NCBI GenBank assembly: GCA_951406725.2
Contig: OX597824.1
Coordinates: forward strand, 34,100,001 to 34,164,000
DNA from: Octopus vulgaris
Lineage: Eukaryota
Reading direction: 5' to 3'
Length of the DNA stretch: 64,000 nucleotides
Shown one piece after another: positions 63,401 through 64,000 of this stretch. Each line of letters starts with the position of its first letter. The stretch's first letter is position 1. Both the position numbers and the translations under genes were made by a program. The notes under the pieces are model-generated. The model ran no database searches and had not been told where the DNA came from. It saw nothing but the letters and a program-made list of their open reading frames with translations.

Positions 63401-64000
63401 AGAAACTGTGCTGCTCAAGTCTCATCATCATTTCACTTGTGTTCCATGTAAAATAAATGACAATCATCATGGATTCATTCTTCACCTGTAATGTATATGA
63501 ATATTAAGTTATTTGACATATCAATCCCTTGCATGTCATATGAAAATCAGGACTTTTAATAAATATAACTTAAATAGTCTAAGACACTCTTATAGAATAA
63601 CTTTTCCAACTATTAACCTCACCTTGAGAAAGGTTGTTGAAAAGAATATTTGTCAAGTTTCAATATTTCGCTGTTATCAGGTGTCTTATTCTTGAGCATG
63701 TATGTATTACCAAAGTGGATTAGAACTAGGAACTTCAATCTTTAAATTGAGTAATAACATTTATTCACTAGGCCACTGATGCATACACAATTGTTATATT
63801 TTCTCATTGTTTAAATTTATCTTTCAGTAAAGTTGGCATCTAAAGGTCAGAATAGAGGAACTTTGGAAATCTTAATGAGAGGAGAAACAGCTAAGTGAGG
63901 AATGGTTGAATGCGTATGGTACAAGAAAGGAAACATATACTACTACGGAAGGAAATTTCTGTAATTGATGAAAAAAAAATGGAAACTTCTGTATATGATG

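Overview
AT-rich, microsatellite-dense animal DNA. The SINE families and repeat landscape suggest a cephalopod such as Octopus (inference). The only host gene is Bicaudal D on the + strand, with coding exons at 42711-42968 and 51066-53318 and an alternative donor at 53262. The first 42 kb is a mosaic of tRNA-derived SINEs, one young 5'-truncated CR1-type LINE, mariner/Tc1, piggyBac, hAT and Gypsy remnants, and non-autonomous Helitrons. The main signal, which the ORF track does not show, is an unusual density of type I hammerhead ribozyme (HHR) motifs from about 7 unrelated small non-coding elements, mostly inserted in (TA)n. These include a 3x360-bp tandem retrozyme-like array (28371-29488), two copies of a 132-bp palindrome encoding back-to-back HHRs on both strands (5564-5695, 27963-28094), and an 846-bp fold-back with an HHR in each arm (2532-3377). 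Several have recurring non-canonical cores (U4C, A6U, U10.1-U11.1). All folds were made by eye and no cleavage activity has been shown.
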